This document shows, in pieces, positions 1-12,730 of a stretch of 64,000 bases of DNA. Origin of the DNA: Zootoca vivipara (lineage: Eukaryota). The notes under the pieces are model-generated. The model had not been told where the DNA came from. It ran no database searches and saw only the letters and a list, made by a program, of their open reading frames with translations. The translations under genes and the position numbers were made by a program. Numbering within the stretch: the first letter of the stretch is position 1; every line of letters begins with the position of its first letter. The DNA is taken from assembly GCF_963506605.1 (NCBI RefSeq), contig NC_083276.1:82584001-82648000 (forward strand), given 5' to 3'.

Positions 1-503
1 ACACCTGGACCGACCAATAAGGTCGGCCGGGGGCGGGGCTTGGCAGTTTAAAGCTCCCTGCCGGCGGGAACTCGGCCTCTTTTCTCCCTGTTTGCTGGAG
101 CGAATGATTCAGAGGCACAGAGCGTGGCTCCTGCTTTTCGCTAGTCTGCTTTATTTCTTCTCTGCTTTATTTCTTCTTGCTTTTTTCCCTTGTCTTTTTT
201 TCCCTTTCCCGGGGGCGGGGCTTGGTCCAGAGCCTGGAGACGCCAGGGCCGTAAGGCACGCTCCTACGGTGGCCACAGGGGGCGTTCCGGTAGATGTACA
301 TCACTAGACTCCTTACTGGTGGTTAACTTCTCATGGACTCCAACACACGGGTTGGAGTCGGATATAGTCTGATAGGTTCCAACGCCTAAGCCAATACCAC
401 TCAACATCCGTAATCAATAAAGTCGTGGCCTTAACCACCCAATTATAACTTAATTCTTGTGTCTTGTTTCTTTATTTCACGGGGAAGGAGGGACATTGCC
501 ACA
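1..503 (+). mobile_element. LTR-like element (runs off window start), inserted in an OR coding exon
   Basis: CCAAT and GC boxes near the start, AATAAA at ~416-421 and a ...GCCACA end. Shares GCCTAAGCCAATACCACTC...CAATAAAGT(C/T)GTGGCC with the element at ~43.3-43.96 kb. Abuts OR coding sequence at 504. Confidence 0.6.
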
Positions 504-597
504 CAATTGCCACAAAGAGGGAGATTTTCACTTCCGGGAGATCAGACAGCTCAGTGAGGTAAAAATCTTTTGTTTCTGTGATATATTTTTTCTCCAT
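504..597 (-). pseudogene. 5' end of an olfactory receptor gene (paralogue of 5132-6067) interrupted by the LTR-like element
   Basis: Hand translation from ATG at 597 gives MEKKYITETKDFYLTELSDLPEVKISLFVAI, which aligns to MQKDNTTTAKDFYLTELSDLPEVRITLFVVI. Upstream flanks are also homologous. Confidence 0.85.
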
Positions 598-1274
598 CTT
601 CCTGCCAATCAGGTCAACTGAGATATCTAAAATACAGTGAAAACAGAGTAAATTTGTTTAAAATTTAACTACTTAACAATATATAATTGATTACCTATCT
701 GACTTTTATTTACATAGAGCATGACTCCTTTCGTGTCTCCACACATCCCTCATCCACCCATGGCTACCAGCTTGGCCAGAGGGGACTGGCAACGAACTGA
801 GTGGGAAGGAATTGCCTGACCCTTGTTTGAAACAAGGTAATATGTACTTTTCACTGTGCAATAATTTAGATTTAATACAGCAAAGCTCTACCATGAGCCA
901 CTGAGAAATGGAAATGCCATCTTATCAATAATCTAATCAATAATCAATTTTGAAATTTGAAATACAAAGTTTAGGCCATATTAGGCGTCAAGCAAAAACC
1001 TGAGCTTTGACTGATTAACAGTCTGTGTCCTTCCTCTCTTCTTAAAGCTTTTCCGCCTAAATACGCCATGGGCTCTTGTGTGTGGATAGTACCATTAGGG
1101 CTACATAAAGATTCAGAGAATGAATTTGCTATTGGGATATATTACTAGGAGGAGGAGCAATTCCTCAGTACTTTGAATCATTATTGGATTTAATTTATGT
1201 TTCCAGTGGAATCATTATTAGTAGAATGGAATAAAAAAATGATGGAGGGATGTAACACATATATTATGAATCTG

Positions 1275-1425
1275 CAGGGCTGTCTTAAGCATATCTGGCG
1301 TCCTGGTGGCGTGGTGCGAAGATCCTTCTGGCGCCCGCCCCCCCCCCCGCCCCGTTTCACAGCGTGGCTGTCTGGCGGCCCGGCGCCCTGGCACCCTGTG
1401 CCACCTTGCCGTAGGGCCGGCCCTG
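1275..1425. mobile_element. hAT-type MITE
   Basis: CAGGGC...GCCCTG termini; 8-bp TSD TGAATCTG (1267-1274, 1426-1433). Confidence 0.75.
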
Positions 1426-2835
1426 TGAATCTGATCAATGTCAGTTTGCTGCAAATACACCTTTATAAACCTTCAGATGCAAATTCTTTTTTCAGCTTTT
1501 TAATCCGAAATTTCCATCAGGCATTTGCAAGTTTTATAATGAGATAGTTCAGAATAGTAGTCCAGGATTCATTGCAAGATACATGCTGAAAGAAGGAGGT
1601 GGCTGTTTCTTGCTAAAACCAATAGAAGTCAGAAAATTTGCATAGTGACATATATGAACATTCCTCTCCAAAAGGTTCTATTAATTTTTCAGGTAAGACA
1701 GTTATTTGCCAAAGGTGACATACTTTAATAAAACTAAATAGATTTAAAACATGCATAATGACAACAACATATTGCAAAGATAATTGGTGGGATTCACCTA
1801 AGTTGTTGTGTGCATAGAATGAAGTCCACTCAGGCCACATCTCCTTCCACCTTGTGCCCCCAGTATTCCCTAAATCTGCTGTAGGGGATTGGGAGAAAAC
1901 CCAGAGCAGGGTGCAAGAGGAGTGCATGGCAGAAGAGAGGGGGGAAGGTCCTATTGTGCAGGTGGACGTCGTTCCCCTGCTCATGTGCCCCTTTGCGCTG
2001 CACTGAATTCCACCTACTATGTTTGTTCAACTGCAATCACAAAACCCATGGTATACATCCCTACAATTGGATTTAAAACTTAGGGAGTGGGTTTAAAATC
2101 AACTTAATAGATTTAAAAATTAGATAATTGCAACAATATATTGTGAATATGCTTCTTCTTCTTTTTACTGCAAAACTTAAACCTACAATATGCGTTCCCA
2201 TTTTACAGATAATGGATTTAAGATTGTGCAAAGGAAGCTTGCAAAAGATCACCAGCTGAGATCATGACTTCTGATCTCTGATTGTTAGTTCAAGAGTACA
2301 TGAGTTAGTACATGAGTAAGAAACAGGACTGCAGTTTTATCATATTAGACTACCTACCAACAAACTGAAGCCACTTGCCTTTCTTGCTTTCCAAGTAATC
2401 TGTAGCACCACATTATTAATCAAGACGGAAAAAAAAATGTGGAGTCAAGAGAAATGCTGGCATATGTGTTCTGAAGTAAAGTTTAAAAAACACTGCATCT
2501 GCCATGAGGGGAAATGGCACCAAGAGAAAGTGGCTACATTTGGACAAAGGTCTCAAAGGAATCCTGCAGTTGCTGACTCAGTTGCGCAAAAGCTCTTTTG
2601 GCCAAAAGGAATACAATGGTCTTGATCATGGGCCTAGCCAGGATTTTTGTTTTGAGTGGGGCAGGCCTTTTGTTGGGAGGCACAACCTCAGTGAGCTATG
2701 TATTCCTACTGGTTTTTATTGATGAGGGGCAGCTGCCCCTCCCTGCACCCTCCCTGCCCATGCTCCTGATCCAGAGGAAAAAAATGTTAGTCCTATGTTC
2801 TGGTGAACTCAAGCAAACTTTATATAACCATAAAA

Positions 2836-3780
2836 TAGGGTTTCCAGATGTCCCCATTTCCCGGGGACAGTCCCCGGATTTGCGAATCTGTCTCCGGACA
2901 AATTCAATCCCCAGGATATCCCCGGATTTCATCTAATATCCCCGGGAAATGCGGCAGCAGCAGCCTCAGCAGCCTGGAGCCAGCCTGGTAGCTGCAGTTG
3001 GTTCTGGATGGCTTCAGGAGCTGCCCACTGCCATGCCGCCCACCATTTTGCCTCGCCGGAAGTCCCCATTTGATGGTGGTGCAGGGGCTCTAAGATGCAG
3101 CTTCCAGGCTGCCTCCACCTTCCCTGACCCCAACTAAGCTGTGAAGGGAGGCTTCATGCTGCCCATCAGAGCAGCCCTGATCCTAACTCAGTGTTTCTCA
3201 ACCAGTGTGCCTCCAGATGTTTTGGGACTACAACTCCCATCATCCCTAGCTAGCAAGACCAGTGGTCAGGAATGATGGGAGTTGTAGTCCCAAAACATCT
3301 GGAGGCACACTGGTTGAGATACACTGTCCTAACTCCTACTTGCGTGCAAGCAGGAGCGGGGCGGGGATCTCTCAGTTAGGCAATGGGAAGCCTCCCTTCC
3401 CAACTGAGGGATACCTGCCCCCTCCTGCTTGCAGGCAAGTAGGAATGGGATTGGGGCTGCTCCGATGGGAAGGGAGGCATTGCACTGCCCAAGCTGCGGC
3501 TCTCAGCCCTCCCCCGCCTTCCATGCCTGACCCACCGCGCACTGCCTCCCCACCACCACCATCACCAAAGAACCAACAACTCAGGGGCTGCCCAGCCTCA
3601 TGGAGAAAGGAGATAGAAGCCCCGGAGGAAGGGGAAATGTGGCGGTTGAGGTCAAGGCAGTGGCTGCACCTCTGCCACTGCCATCGCTGCAGCATCAACA
3701 TCCAGAACATTATTTGTTTGTTTGTTTGTTTGTTTGTTTAAAGTGTCCCTGGATTCATTGAAAAAAATCTGGTAACCTTA
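2836..3780. mobile_element. non-autonomous hAT DNA transposon containing a nested MITE
   Basis: Termini TAGGGTTTCCAGA / TCTGGTAACCTTA; 8-bp TSD CCATAAAA (2828-2835, 3781-3788). Confidence 0.8.
3189..3326. mobile_element. palindromic hAT MITE (138 bp)
   Basis: Long terminal inverted repeats; TSD TCCTAACT; almost identical to 21184-21321. Confidence 0.9.
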
Positions 3781-4475
3781 CCATAAAATCTCATTGATTT
3801 CTATGAGGATTAAGGGCAGCAAATTTGCTCAGGACCAAACCAGGTTTAAAAGGCTCTTTTATAAACTGCATCTTGCATTCCTGTTATCTTCCAATTGAGA
3901 GGCCACCCAGAAGAATCTAAAAATTGTGGTGTGCGCTGTTAAACATCCAGCTATTAGAAAGTCACAAATAGGGGGAAAGAAGATTGTATATCAAATAGCT
4001 TTCCAGGATTGATCTTCCTGTTATCAACACACAGACTGAACCAGCATTAGACAGCAAAATCATTATCAACTTCAACGTGCCAATGCCTGTCTGTTGTATC
4101 ACCCTAAAATCTCAATTCCCCCTTTCCTCGCTATCCATACCCTCCCACCTGCCCCAAAGTCTTGCGATTTTTGCCTTAAAACCTTCTCAGAACCCTACTC
4201 CTGAATGCCCCCTAATTCCGCTGACAATCTCTGGTCTGCTTCCAGGCCTCAACATGAAAAGATCCCTAGATTTGAGTGTCAGATTGCATGCCAGATTGCA
4301 TGTGAGATTTGCAGACCTGTGTCCAAACTGCATACGGGATTTACTTGAATCTAATGCGCCATCAAATCTAATGTGCACCTTAATTTTCAAAACATAATTT
4401 GGCCCAAAAGAAATGCGCATTAGATTTCAGTAAATATGGTACTTCATAAATGATAGTCTCCCAGTACAGGCTCAT

Positions 4476-4542
4476 AGGAAGGAAGGAAGGAAGGAAGGAA
4501 GGAAGGAAGGAAGGAAGGAAGGAAGGAAGGAAGGAAGGAAGG
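4476..4542 (+). repeat. (GGAA)n microsatellite
   Basis: Perfect tandem GGAA run. Confidence 0.95.
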
Positions 4543-4559
4543 TTGTAGTGACTTTTAGC

Positions 4560-5061
4560 CATAGGTGCCAAGTTCCAGATTGAAAAATCCGGGATCAGCA
4601 GCACCGCGGCACCGGAAGTCGCTTCTACTCACTTCCGGACATGCGTAGAAGCGACTTCCGATGCCGCTGTGCCCATTTCCAAAATGTCCGCCGCGCCAGA
4701 AGTCACTTCTACGCACTTCCGGACATGCGTAGAAGCGACTTCTGGCACTGCAGACATTTTGGAAATGGGCACAGCGGCATTGGAAATCACTTCTACGCAT
4801 GTCCGGAAGTGCATAGAACCGACTTCTGGCGCTGCAGACATTTTTCAAATGAGCACAGCGGCATCGTAAGTCACTTCCATGCATGTCTGGAAGTGCGTAG
4901 AAGCGACTTCCAGTGCCGGCATGGCACCAGAAGAACATGGCCGCCGGCAGGAGCTCCATAATCCAGGGGAATACGGGGTATTTTGCCATTCGGGACACCT
5001 GCGGGAAACGGTAAGAAACTACGGGGGTTTCCCGGGGAAAACGGGGTACTTGGCAGCTATG
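4560..5061. mobile_element. hAT non-autonomous element with internal hairpin repeats
   Basis: TIR CATAG(G/C)TGCCAAGT; TSD CTTTTAGC (4552-4559, 5062-5069); repeated GAAGTCGCTTCTACGCA...TGCGTAGAAGCGACTTC units. Confidence 0.85.
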
Positions 5062-5131
5062 CTTTTAGCTCAGAAGTACAAGGTATTTGAAGGACAGTAT
5101 TCAAGGACAGGGAGGAATGAAACCAGCAACT

Positions 5132-6067
5132 TCATGAAAATCTTTTCAAACCAAATGCTTTGACCAAGGCCCTCTTAACATCCTTATTCCTCAGACTGTA
5201 GATCATAGGGTTTAGCATAGGAGTAACAATCCCATACAACATGGAAACAATTCTGTCCTGTTTGGGTGAATAGCTGGAGGTGGGGCGAACATAGGTGGCA
5301 ATGGTGGTCCCATAAAACAGGAAAACAACGGTCAGGTGGGAACCGCAGGTAGAAAAAGCTTTGCGCCTTCCCTCAGCAGAGCGCATGCGCAGAATAGCAG
5401 AAATGATACACACATAAGAGATCAGCGTGACCAGGAAAGCACCACCTCCTAAAATGCCAGCCACAAGCAGGAGAACCAGTTCTGGGAGAAAAGTAGAGGA
5501 GCAAGAGGCAGCCATTAGTGGTGGGATATCACAGTAATATTGGTGAATTTTATTGGGCTCACAGAACGATAATGTAAAGGTCATTGAGGTATGAATCATG
5601 GAATTGATGAAGCCGGTTAGCCAGGTCCCAGCAGCCAGCTGAACACACCGCCTTTTCGTCATGATGTTTGTGTAGTGCAAGGGACTGCAGATTGCCACGT
5701 AGCGGTCATACGCCATCACTGAGAGCAAGAAGATTTCGGTGCCCACAGCATCAATCAGAAAGAAGAGCTGTAATACACAACCAACAAATGATATTGTCTT
5801 GTCCTCCGACATAAAGATCTGGAGCATCTTGGGCACTGTAACTGTGGGGCAAAGGACATCCAGGAAAGATAGGCTGCTGATGAAGAAGTACATGGGGGTC
5901 TGGAGGTGACTATCTGTTACTATTGCAATCAGAATTGCCCCATTTCCTGCCAGAGTGATCAAGTAGGTCAGCAGAATCACCACAAAGAGGGTGATTCGCA
6001 CTTCTGGGAGATCAGAGAGTTCAGTCAAGTAAAAGTCTTTTGCTGTTGTGGTGTTGTCTTTCTGCAT
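5132..6067 (-). CDS. olfactory receptor, class II (OR5V1-like), 311 aa
   Basis: Intronless ORF with N-terminal sequon NTT and OR motifs [40 protein letters not shown]. Confidence 0.95.
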   Translation of the reverse strand: MQKDNTTTAKDFYLTELSDLPEVRITLFVVILLTYLITLAGNGAILIAIVTDSHLQTPMYFFISSLSFLDVLCPTVTVPKMLQIFMSEDKTISFVGCVLQLFFLIDAVGTEIFLLSVMAYDRYVAICSPLHYTNIMTKRRCVQLAAGTWLTGFINSMIHTSMTFTLSFCEPNKIHQYYCDIPPLMAASCSSTFLPELVLLLVAGILGGGAFLVTLISYVCIISAILRMRSAEGRRKAFSTCGSHLTVVFLFYGTTIATYVRPTSSYSPKQDRIVSMLYGIVTPMLNPMIYSLRNKDVKRALVKAFGLKRFS

Positions 6068-6609
6068 TGTCCTCCTGGTCAGGTAGAATGTCTAAAATAC
6101 AAAGAAAACAAAGCAGATTTTTTTGTAAGTAGGAATGTTGGTTGAAGGACAATATGCAATTGTTTAAGCACCTGACTTTTAATCATAGATGGCCTGATCC
6201 TGTTTGTTTCTGATGAATATCTCTCCCGCACATGTGGTCAAAACCTGAATATAGATTCCTTTGGACAACAGAAAAAGCTTTGAAACCATTTTGAGATTAT
6301 GAATAAAGAAAACCTCATAAAATATAAAATTGAACACAAAATAGGAGAGCATGAAGGACAGCACTATAATCTCTTTTCAAAACCATTCGGGTCTTAACCA
6401 CAATATTACTGTCAGAAGTTACTGCGGAAAGAGTAATTTTCTTGTACCTACTCAGAGAGGGAGGGAGGCATAGTGGCCAAAGGACTGCTGGAATTCCCCT
6501 GGCAAGGTGGAGGGGAGTGTCTTTCTCCCAATTTCCCTCTCCTTTCACAGTTTTTTTTAAAGGAATTTTTGATTAATTGACTGACGGATTGGATTGGAAT
6601 GGCTTTCTA

Positions 6610-6790
6610 TCCAGCCTTTCCTCCAAGAAGCTCAAGGTGACATACAGTTTTTATTCTCCCCATCTTCTCCTCGCAATCCTGTGAGGTAGGTTAGGTTAAG
6701 AGATGGTGGCTGGCCACCACCCAACGAGCTTCCTGGCTGAGTGGGGGATTAAATCCTGGTCTCCCAGACCCTAGCCCAGCACTCTGATCA
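6610..6790 (-). mobile_element. old tRNA-derived CORE/MIR-like SINE
   Basis: CCTGTGAGGTAGG...GAGCTTCCTGGCTGAGTGGGGATT...CCTGGTCTCCCAG pattern typical of squamate CORE-type SINEs. Confidence 0.55.
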
Positions 6791-8615
6791 GCCCATCATA
6801 TGATGCATGCCAACATCAGGGCTGTGTACCCTCCCCGACCCCTGCTACATTCTAGGGGCCTGTCAAGGGAATGAGAGGGCTCTGGATGCAATGGTTGCAA
6901 AACCTCCCTTACCATTCCCAGCACAACCCTGGAACACTGGAGGCAGGGCAAAAAGGAGCAACAACAGGTCTCCCTCATTAGATCTCCCTCTCCTATGGCA
7001 GACCTCCGTCTCCACCCATGGAGAGGAAGATCTGCAGAATCTGATGGCCTCGGGTCAGGCACCCCAAGGACCACAGGATTGCAGTCATAATCAAAATGCC
7101 CTACCCCTCAAAATTTTACTGCATATACTGCAATGCACACACTTAAATAATCCTGTTCAAAATATTAAGGGGTACCAGAATGATGGGTGGTAGTTAAACA
7201 GTAACGCCTAGGAAACATTATAGATTGTGTAGCATTTTGTTTTTAGTTGCTTGACTTCAATATTTATGATCTCTATTAAAAATCCAAGTAGGACCTTCAA
7301 CAAAATGTTGCAGTGTGGAGTGCTGCAGCCACGGAATATTCAGCCACTTCATTCCATTCTCCTTGCCTACAACAGCGAGTCAGCATTCTGTAGTCACTGA
7401 GCATGCTAAGTTCCCATTGGACTGCTCCCCCCCCCTTTCCCTGCTCTTAGACATGGTGCACTTCAGCAAACATTGGAGTTTCCTGTGGCTGGTGGTATCT
7501 CCCTGTTGTGTGTGAAAAGTACTACTACACACATGGATAGTACAATATCCACACACAACATAAAGACAGGCACCTCAGAGAATGAGTTTGCTATTAGTAT
7601 ATATTACTCAGAGGAGTAGAAAATCCTCAAAAATTATCATTATTGGATTTAAATTGTATTTCAACCACTATCCATAGTAGTAAAATGGAATCAGCAATGA
7701 TGAGGGGTTTTCCTGACAGATATTATTATTCAAATCAATTGCTGCAAATGTTAAATTTTCCAAACCATGAGGTGCAAGTTCTTTATGCTTCATAATCACA
7801 GATATTCAAAAGAAATTATCAAGTGATGTAAAGGAACTGATCAAAATTCTAGTCCATGTTTCATTGCAAGATACATGTTAAAAGAAGGAGATTAAAAACT
7901 TATCAAACCAAGAAAATGTGCTTACCATATAACAACATTACTCTCCAAGTTTATATTATCACTTAATAACAGGCATTTGTATGGCAAGACATTTATCTGC
8001 CAAAGCTGCAAAACAGTTTAATAAGAGTAAATGGATTTTAAACTCACCTAATTACAATATATTGCAAAGAGGCTATGATTTCCCCCCAAAACAATCACTA
8101 AACCTAAGGTATACATTTCCACATAGAAACTCAACTAAGATTATGACTTCCGATCTCTTATATTTAGTTCACTGAATGAATATAATATGCCCATAACTGA
8201 AAAACAGCACTATAGACCTAAAGTGTTTTGACTGCCTAAGATTGGAGACCCAGTAAACTGCATCCACTAGCCTTCCTTGCTTTCCTTGTGAACCGTAGAA
8301 CCACAGCAACAAACAAGACAGTGGGGGATTTATGTGGAGTGAAGGAAAATGTTGTCACACAGCAATCTGAAGTAATACCTAAGAAGCTCTGCCTCTGTCA
8401 TGAGTCAGAAGGACAACATCTCCCCCCCCCTTGCCACAGAGGTGGGGGGGGGAGAGAGATGGCATAAACTCTGTATTGGGACACGGGTCTCGGAGGAATC
8501 CTGCAGTTGCTGACCTGAAATCTCAGTTGTGCGAAAACTCATTGGGCCAGATCCTGTTTGCCAACACACAGGAAAGAAAAACATTACTTTGGGTAAACAG
8601 ATTATATTGATTAAA

Positions 8616-8955
8616 GGTAAAGGTAAAGGGACCCCTGACCATTAGGTCCAGTCGCGGACAACTCTGGGGTTGCGGCACTCATCTCTCTTTACTGGCTAAG
8701 GGAGCCGGTGTACAGCTTCTGGGTCATGTGGCCAGCATGACTAAGCCGCTTCTGGCAGACCAGAGCAGCGCACGGAAACGCCGTTTACCTTCTCGCCAGA
8801 GCGGTACCTAGTTATCTACTTGCATTTTGACGTGCTTTCGAACTCCTAGGCTGGCAGGAGTTGGGGAGCTCACCCCGTTGCGGGGATTCGATCTGCCGAC
8901 CTTCTGACTGGTAATCCCTAGGCTCTGTGGTTTAACCCACAGCGCCACCCACGTC
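8616..8955 (-). mobile_element. Sauria SINE
   Basis: (ACCTTT)n tail seen as AAAGGTAAAGG on +; typical internal GGTCATGTGGCCAGCATGAC; 15-bp TSD ATTATATTGATTAAA (8601-8615, 8956-8970). Confidence 0.9.
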
Positions 8956-9455
8956 ATTATATTGATTAAATATAGCAAATTAGAGGATCTGCAAACCAAC
9001 CTAATTCAATCAGCTTAAGCAAATCAAATGCACCCAGCTGGGCAGGTGAATTGTAATATATGGGGGGGGGATTCTATCACTCTCGGCTCCTGGGCATATT
9101 CAGAGTCACTTGCTGCGGCCATACAGAATTGTTTGGAAAGAATCCTCCCTCCCTGCTGGAAACATCTTGATGCTCAGACTATGACCCCACCCCACCCCAC
9201 CCCGAAGAACACCCCAACCCGTGAAAGATGACTGAAGAGTGCCCTCAACCCAATAATGTCTTAGATATTAAAGCAAGCATGCCTTAATCACTCTCACCTG
9301 CCCATACCAAATGCCACAGGAGGTGATCAGCTCCCGCTTGTTCATTTCCAGGGAAACACACAAGAGCTCAAACAGAGCTCTTTGCAGATCCTCCAAGAAC
9401 ATGTTCTGACCTGAAAGATGAACCCCATCACCCTTCAACAACTTCCATGCTATTA

Positions 9456-10024
9456 TCAGGGACTGGGCAGAGGAGGAGGAGGAATGGTGGAGACCGCCTC
9501 CCCATCCTGACCCTTCCAGGGAGGAAGAAGAAGAAGAAGAAGAAGACATTATATATTTACAACAGGGATTTGCGGGAGGTCACAGCTCAGAGGCAGATGA
9601 GGGGGGAAGTTGGGAAATACAGTAATGGGATAGCCGGAGCAGCAGCTGTCATTAGAAAAACACTCCAGAACCCGGGAAGCCTTAAAAGTAGGGGAGCAAA
9701 GAGCTCAAAGACAAAGGGCACTTAGCAGCACCCGCAGAGAAGGTGGTGATGATGATGATGAATAAGGAATGGGAGAAACGGGGGGGGGTGGAGATTCACT
9801 CGGAACAACGCCTTTATCCAAGAGGCTGGGTTCTATAGCCTCCGTGTGAAAAGTTTGAAATAAAAAAAGGACTGTAAGAAACTTTTCCTTGTTTTTATAC
9901 TTTCCTGGGCAACCAGCCGGGAGCCACTGACAGCATCCTGACAGCTATCTTCATTTGCCTCCTAGCCAGAAGCCGCCTGGGGTGGTGGTCTCCACCACTC
10001 CCCCTCATCTGGCCAGTCCCTGAC
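9456..10024 (+). mobile_element. solo LTR-like element (Gypsy-type ends)
   Basis: Ends T(G>A)TCAGGGACTGG ... CCAGTCCCTGACA with internal AATAAA; a related reversed fragment lies at ~27870-28022. Confidence 0.55.
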
Positions 10025-10187
10025 AATCAACTATGCTCTGGCAGGGGTGCCAACTTGAATTAAATATTGTGGGGGCCCAGGTAAGACCCGCCCCACATAT
10101 TTGATCAAATGACGCAGTGCGCACACACCATTTGAATGGGAACGCCCATCAATTTTGTGGGGGTCTGGCCCCCTAAAAAAAAAATAT

Positions 10188-10882
10188 TTATTTTTTTAAT
10201 ATATGTTTATTGGTTTTACAAAATAAGACATAATATCTTTCTTAGGTAATTCCTCTCTAATTATCCCAAGTAAAAAGGCTTCTGGTTTCTTAACAAACGT
10301 GTTTTTCAACACTTTCTTCAGTTCATTATAAATCTTGTCCCCAAAGCTCTTTACTTGGGGGCATGTCCACCACATATGGTAAAAGGTTCCTTCCATATTC
10401 TTACATTTCCAACATTTATTATCCTGTTTATGACAAATCTTAGCTAATTTTACCGGTGTAAGATACCACCTATACATCATCTTCATGAGATTTTCTTTCA
10501 ATATATTACATGCGGTAAACTTCATATTCTTCTTCCACAACCTTTCCCAATCTTCTATCATTATATTATGCCCTACATCTTTAGCCCAATCAATCATTAC
10601 TGATTTCGTTTGTTCGTCTTTGGTGTGCCATTCCAGCAGTAAATTACACATCTTTGAAAGGTTCTTTGTTTTAGACTCTATCAAATCCGTTTCCAATTTG
10701 GATTTTTCAGTTTGAAAACCTACTATTTAATCTAGTTTATACAATTCATGTATTTGATGATACTGCAACCAATCATTCAAATTATTCTTCAACTGATCAT
10801 AAGTCCTTAACTTAAGTTGATCTTTCTCTTCCACCAATAAATCATTATATGTCAGCCACTTGGTCTCCATATTCAACTTTTT
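10188..10882 (-). mobile_element. L1 LINE 3' fragment (ORF2 C-terminus with CCHC knuckle)
   Basis: ORF 10196-10696 (KCWKCKNMEGTFYHMWWTC) closely matches the C-terminus of 44522-47413; AATAAA and A-tail on the minus strand. Confidence 0.9.
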
Positions 10883-10949
10883 GGCCCCCTCAAATAAGAG
10901 GCCAGGTTGCTCGCCGGGACAATACGGTTTGAGCATATAACACCAATCC

Positions 10950-11400
10950 TGTCCTGATTGCACTGGCTACTAATGGGCTCAAACCAAAGTGCTGGTTTTG
11001 ACCTATAAAGCCTTAAATGGCTCAGGACTGTAATACCTCAAGGACTGCCTCTCCCCATATGAACCAACCCAGACCCTGAGATCATCATCTGAGGCCCTTC
11101 TTTGTGTGCCTCCTCCACAAGATGTCTGGAGGCTGGCAACTGAGAATGGGCCTTTTCTGTGGTGGCTCCCCCTCTGTGGAATACTCTCCCCAAGGAGGCT
11201 CACCTGAGCCTTCATTACATATTGTTAGGTGCCAGGTGAAAACATTCCTCTTCTCCCAAACCTCTCAATTAAGCCTATTATTTAGGTATAGGTATTGTTT
11301 AGTTTGTTATTGTGCTATGTATTTTTGTATTTTTTACCGTAAACCACCATGTGATTCACAGATGAAGGGAAGTATAAAAATTTAATTAATAAATAATAAA
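10950..11400 (+). mobile_element. L2 LINE 3' fragment
   Basis: CACTGGCTAC...AAAGTGCTGGTTTTGACCTATAAAGCC and (TAAA)n tail; similar to the L2 at 16.3-17.2 kb. Confidence 0.7.
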
Positions 11401-11576
11401 TCAATGCATTCAGTTAAGCCTGCCCAGCCCCACTCCCTTTTATTTTTAAGGGGAAAGGGTTATATGAACCACTCCGTTACCTGTGTACACATTCTGTGTA
11501 CCTGTTATTACATTGTATTGCATTGTACTGTATTATATTATATTATATTATATTTATTATATTATATTATACTATA

Positions 11577-12141
11577 CAGTGGTACCTCTACTTACGAATT
11601 TAATGTGTTCCGAACGCACATTCGTAAGTAGAAAAAAATTGTAAGTCGAATCCCATAGGAATGCATTGGGAGAAAAAAATCGTTAAGTCGAAGCAACCCT
11701 ATCTAAAAATTCGTAAGTAGAAAAAATCCTATCTAAACCGCATCTAAGATGGTGGACGGAGCATCATTCGTAAGTACAGTGGTACCTTGGTTTATGAACA
11801 CTAATTGGTTCCGGAAGTCTGTTCATAAACTGAAGCGTTCATAAACTGAAGCGAACTTTCCCATTGAAAGTAATGGAAAGTGGATTAATCCTTTCCAGAC
11901 GGGTCCATGGAGTACTCAACCTGAAGCGTACTTAACCCGAAGCATGGGTGTAATTGGTTCTGGAAGTCTGTTCATAAACTGAAGCGTTCATAAACTGAAG
12001 CGAACTTTCCCATTGAAAGTAATGGAAAGTGAATTAATCCGTTCCCGATGGGTCCGCGGCGTTCATAAACCAAAAATTCATAAACCAAGGTGTTCATAAA
12101 CCGAGGTTCCACTATAGAAACATTTGTAAGTAGAGTTATTT
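11577..12141. mobile_element. Tc1/mariner-superfamily (pogo/Tigger-like) MITE with a second MITE nested at 11777-12114
   Basis: Two TA|CAGTGGTACCT starts; the inner element ends CCGAGGTTCCACTA|TA; the outer element is cut off by the N gap. Confidence 0.75.
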
Positions 12142-12354
12142 NNNNNNNNNNNNNNNNNNNNNNNNNNNNNNNNNNNNNNNNNNNNNNNNNNNNNNNNNNN
12201 NNNNNNNNNNNNNNNNNNNNNNNNNNNNNNNNNNNNNNNNNNNNNNNNNNNNNNNNNNNNNNNNNNNNNNNNNNNNNNNNNNNNNNNNNNNNNNNNNNNN
12301 NNNNNNNNNNNNNNNNNNNNNNNNNNNNNNNNNNNNNNNNNNNNNNNNNNNNNN
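12142..12354. other. assembly gap (N run)
   Basis: 213 consecutive N. Confidence 1.
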
Positions 12355-12730
12355 GCACATTGCAAAGTGCCTTGCAATTGAGCCACTCATCATCTTAATT
12401 TGCCCAGAGGCATAGATACATCTTAATTAGCATTTAAAAAAATATTGTCATGTGATAATCTCTAATGAAAAATGAAACATGCTTTTTTGTGGGGAATCTT
12501 TGAAAACAGTTTTGGCCCAATTTAACAGAGGTGGCCACACACCCCGGTCATCCTGATTGGTCAGCCTGGGGGCGTGACACAGCTGGGAGTCCCAATGATG
12601 CAGACGGCATCCCTCCGCCCACAGCCGGGTCACCAGGAGGCCCAGAGGCCCTCCCGCAATGCCGTCCCCCAAGTAAGAGGAGCGGACTTCTTGAAACTTA
12701 CATAGATGGCATCTTTCCCCCTTGCAAATA

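Noticed and set aside
11972-12398. ORFs spanning X runs
   Set aside because: Artefacts of the assembly gap.
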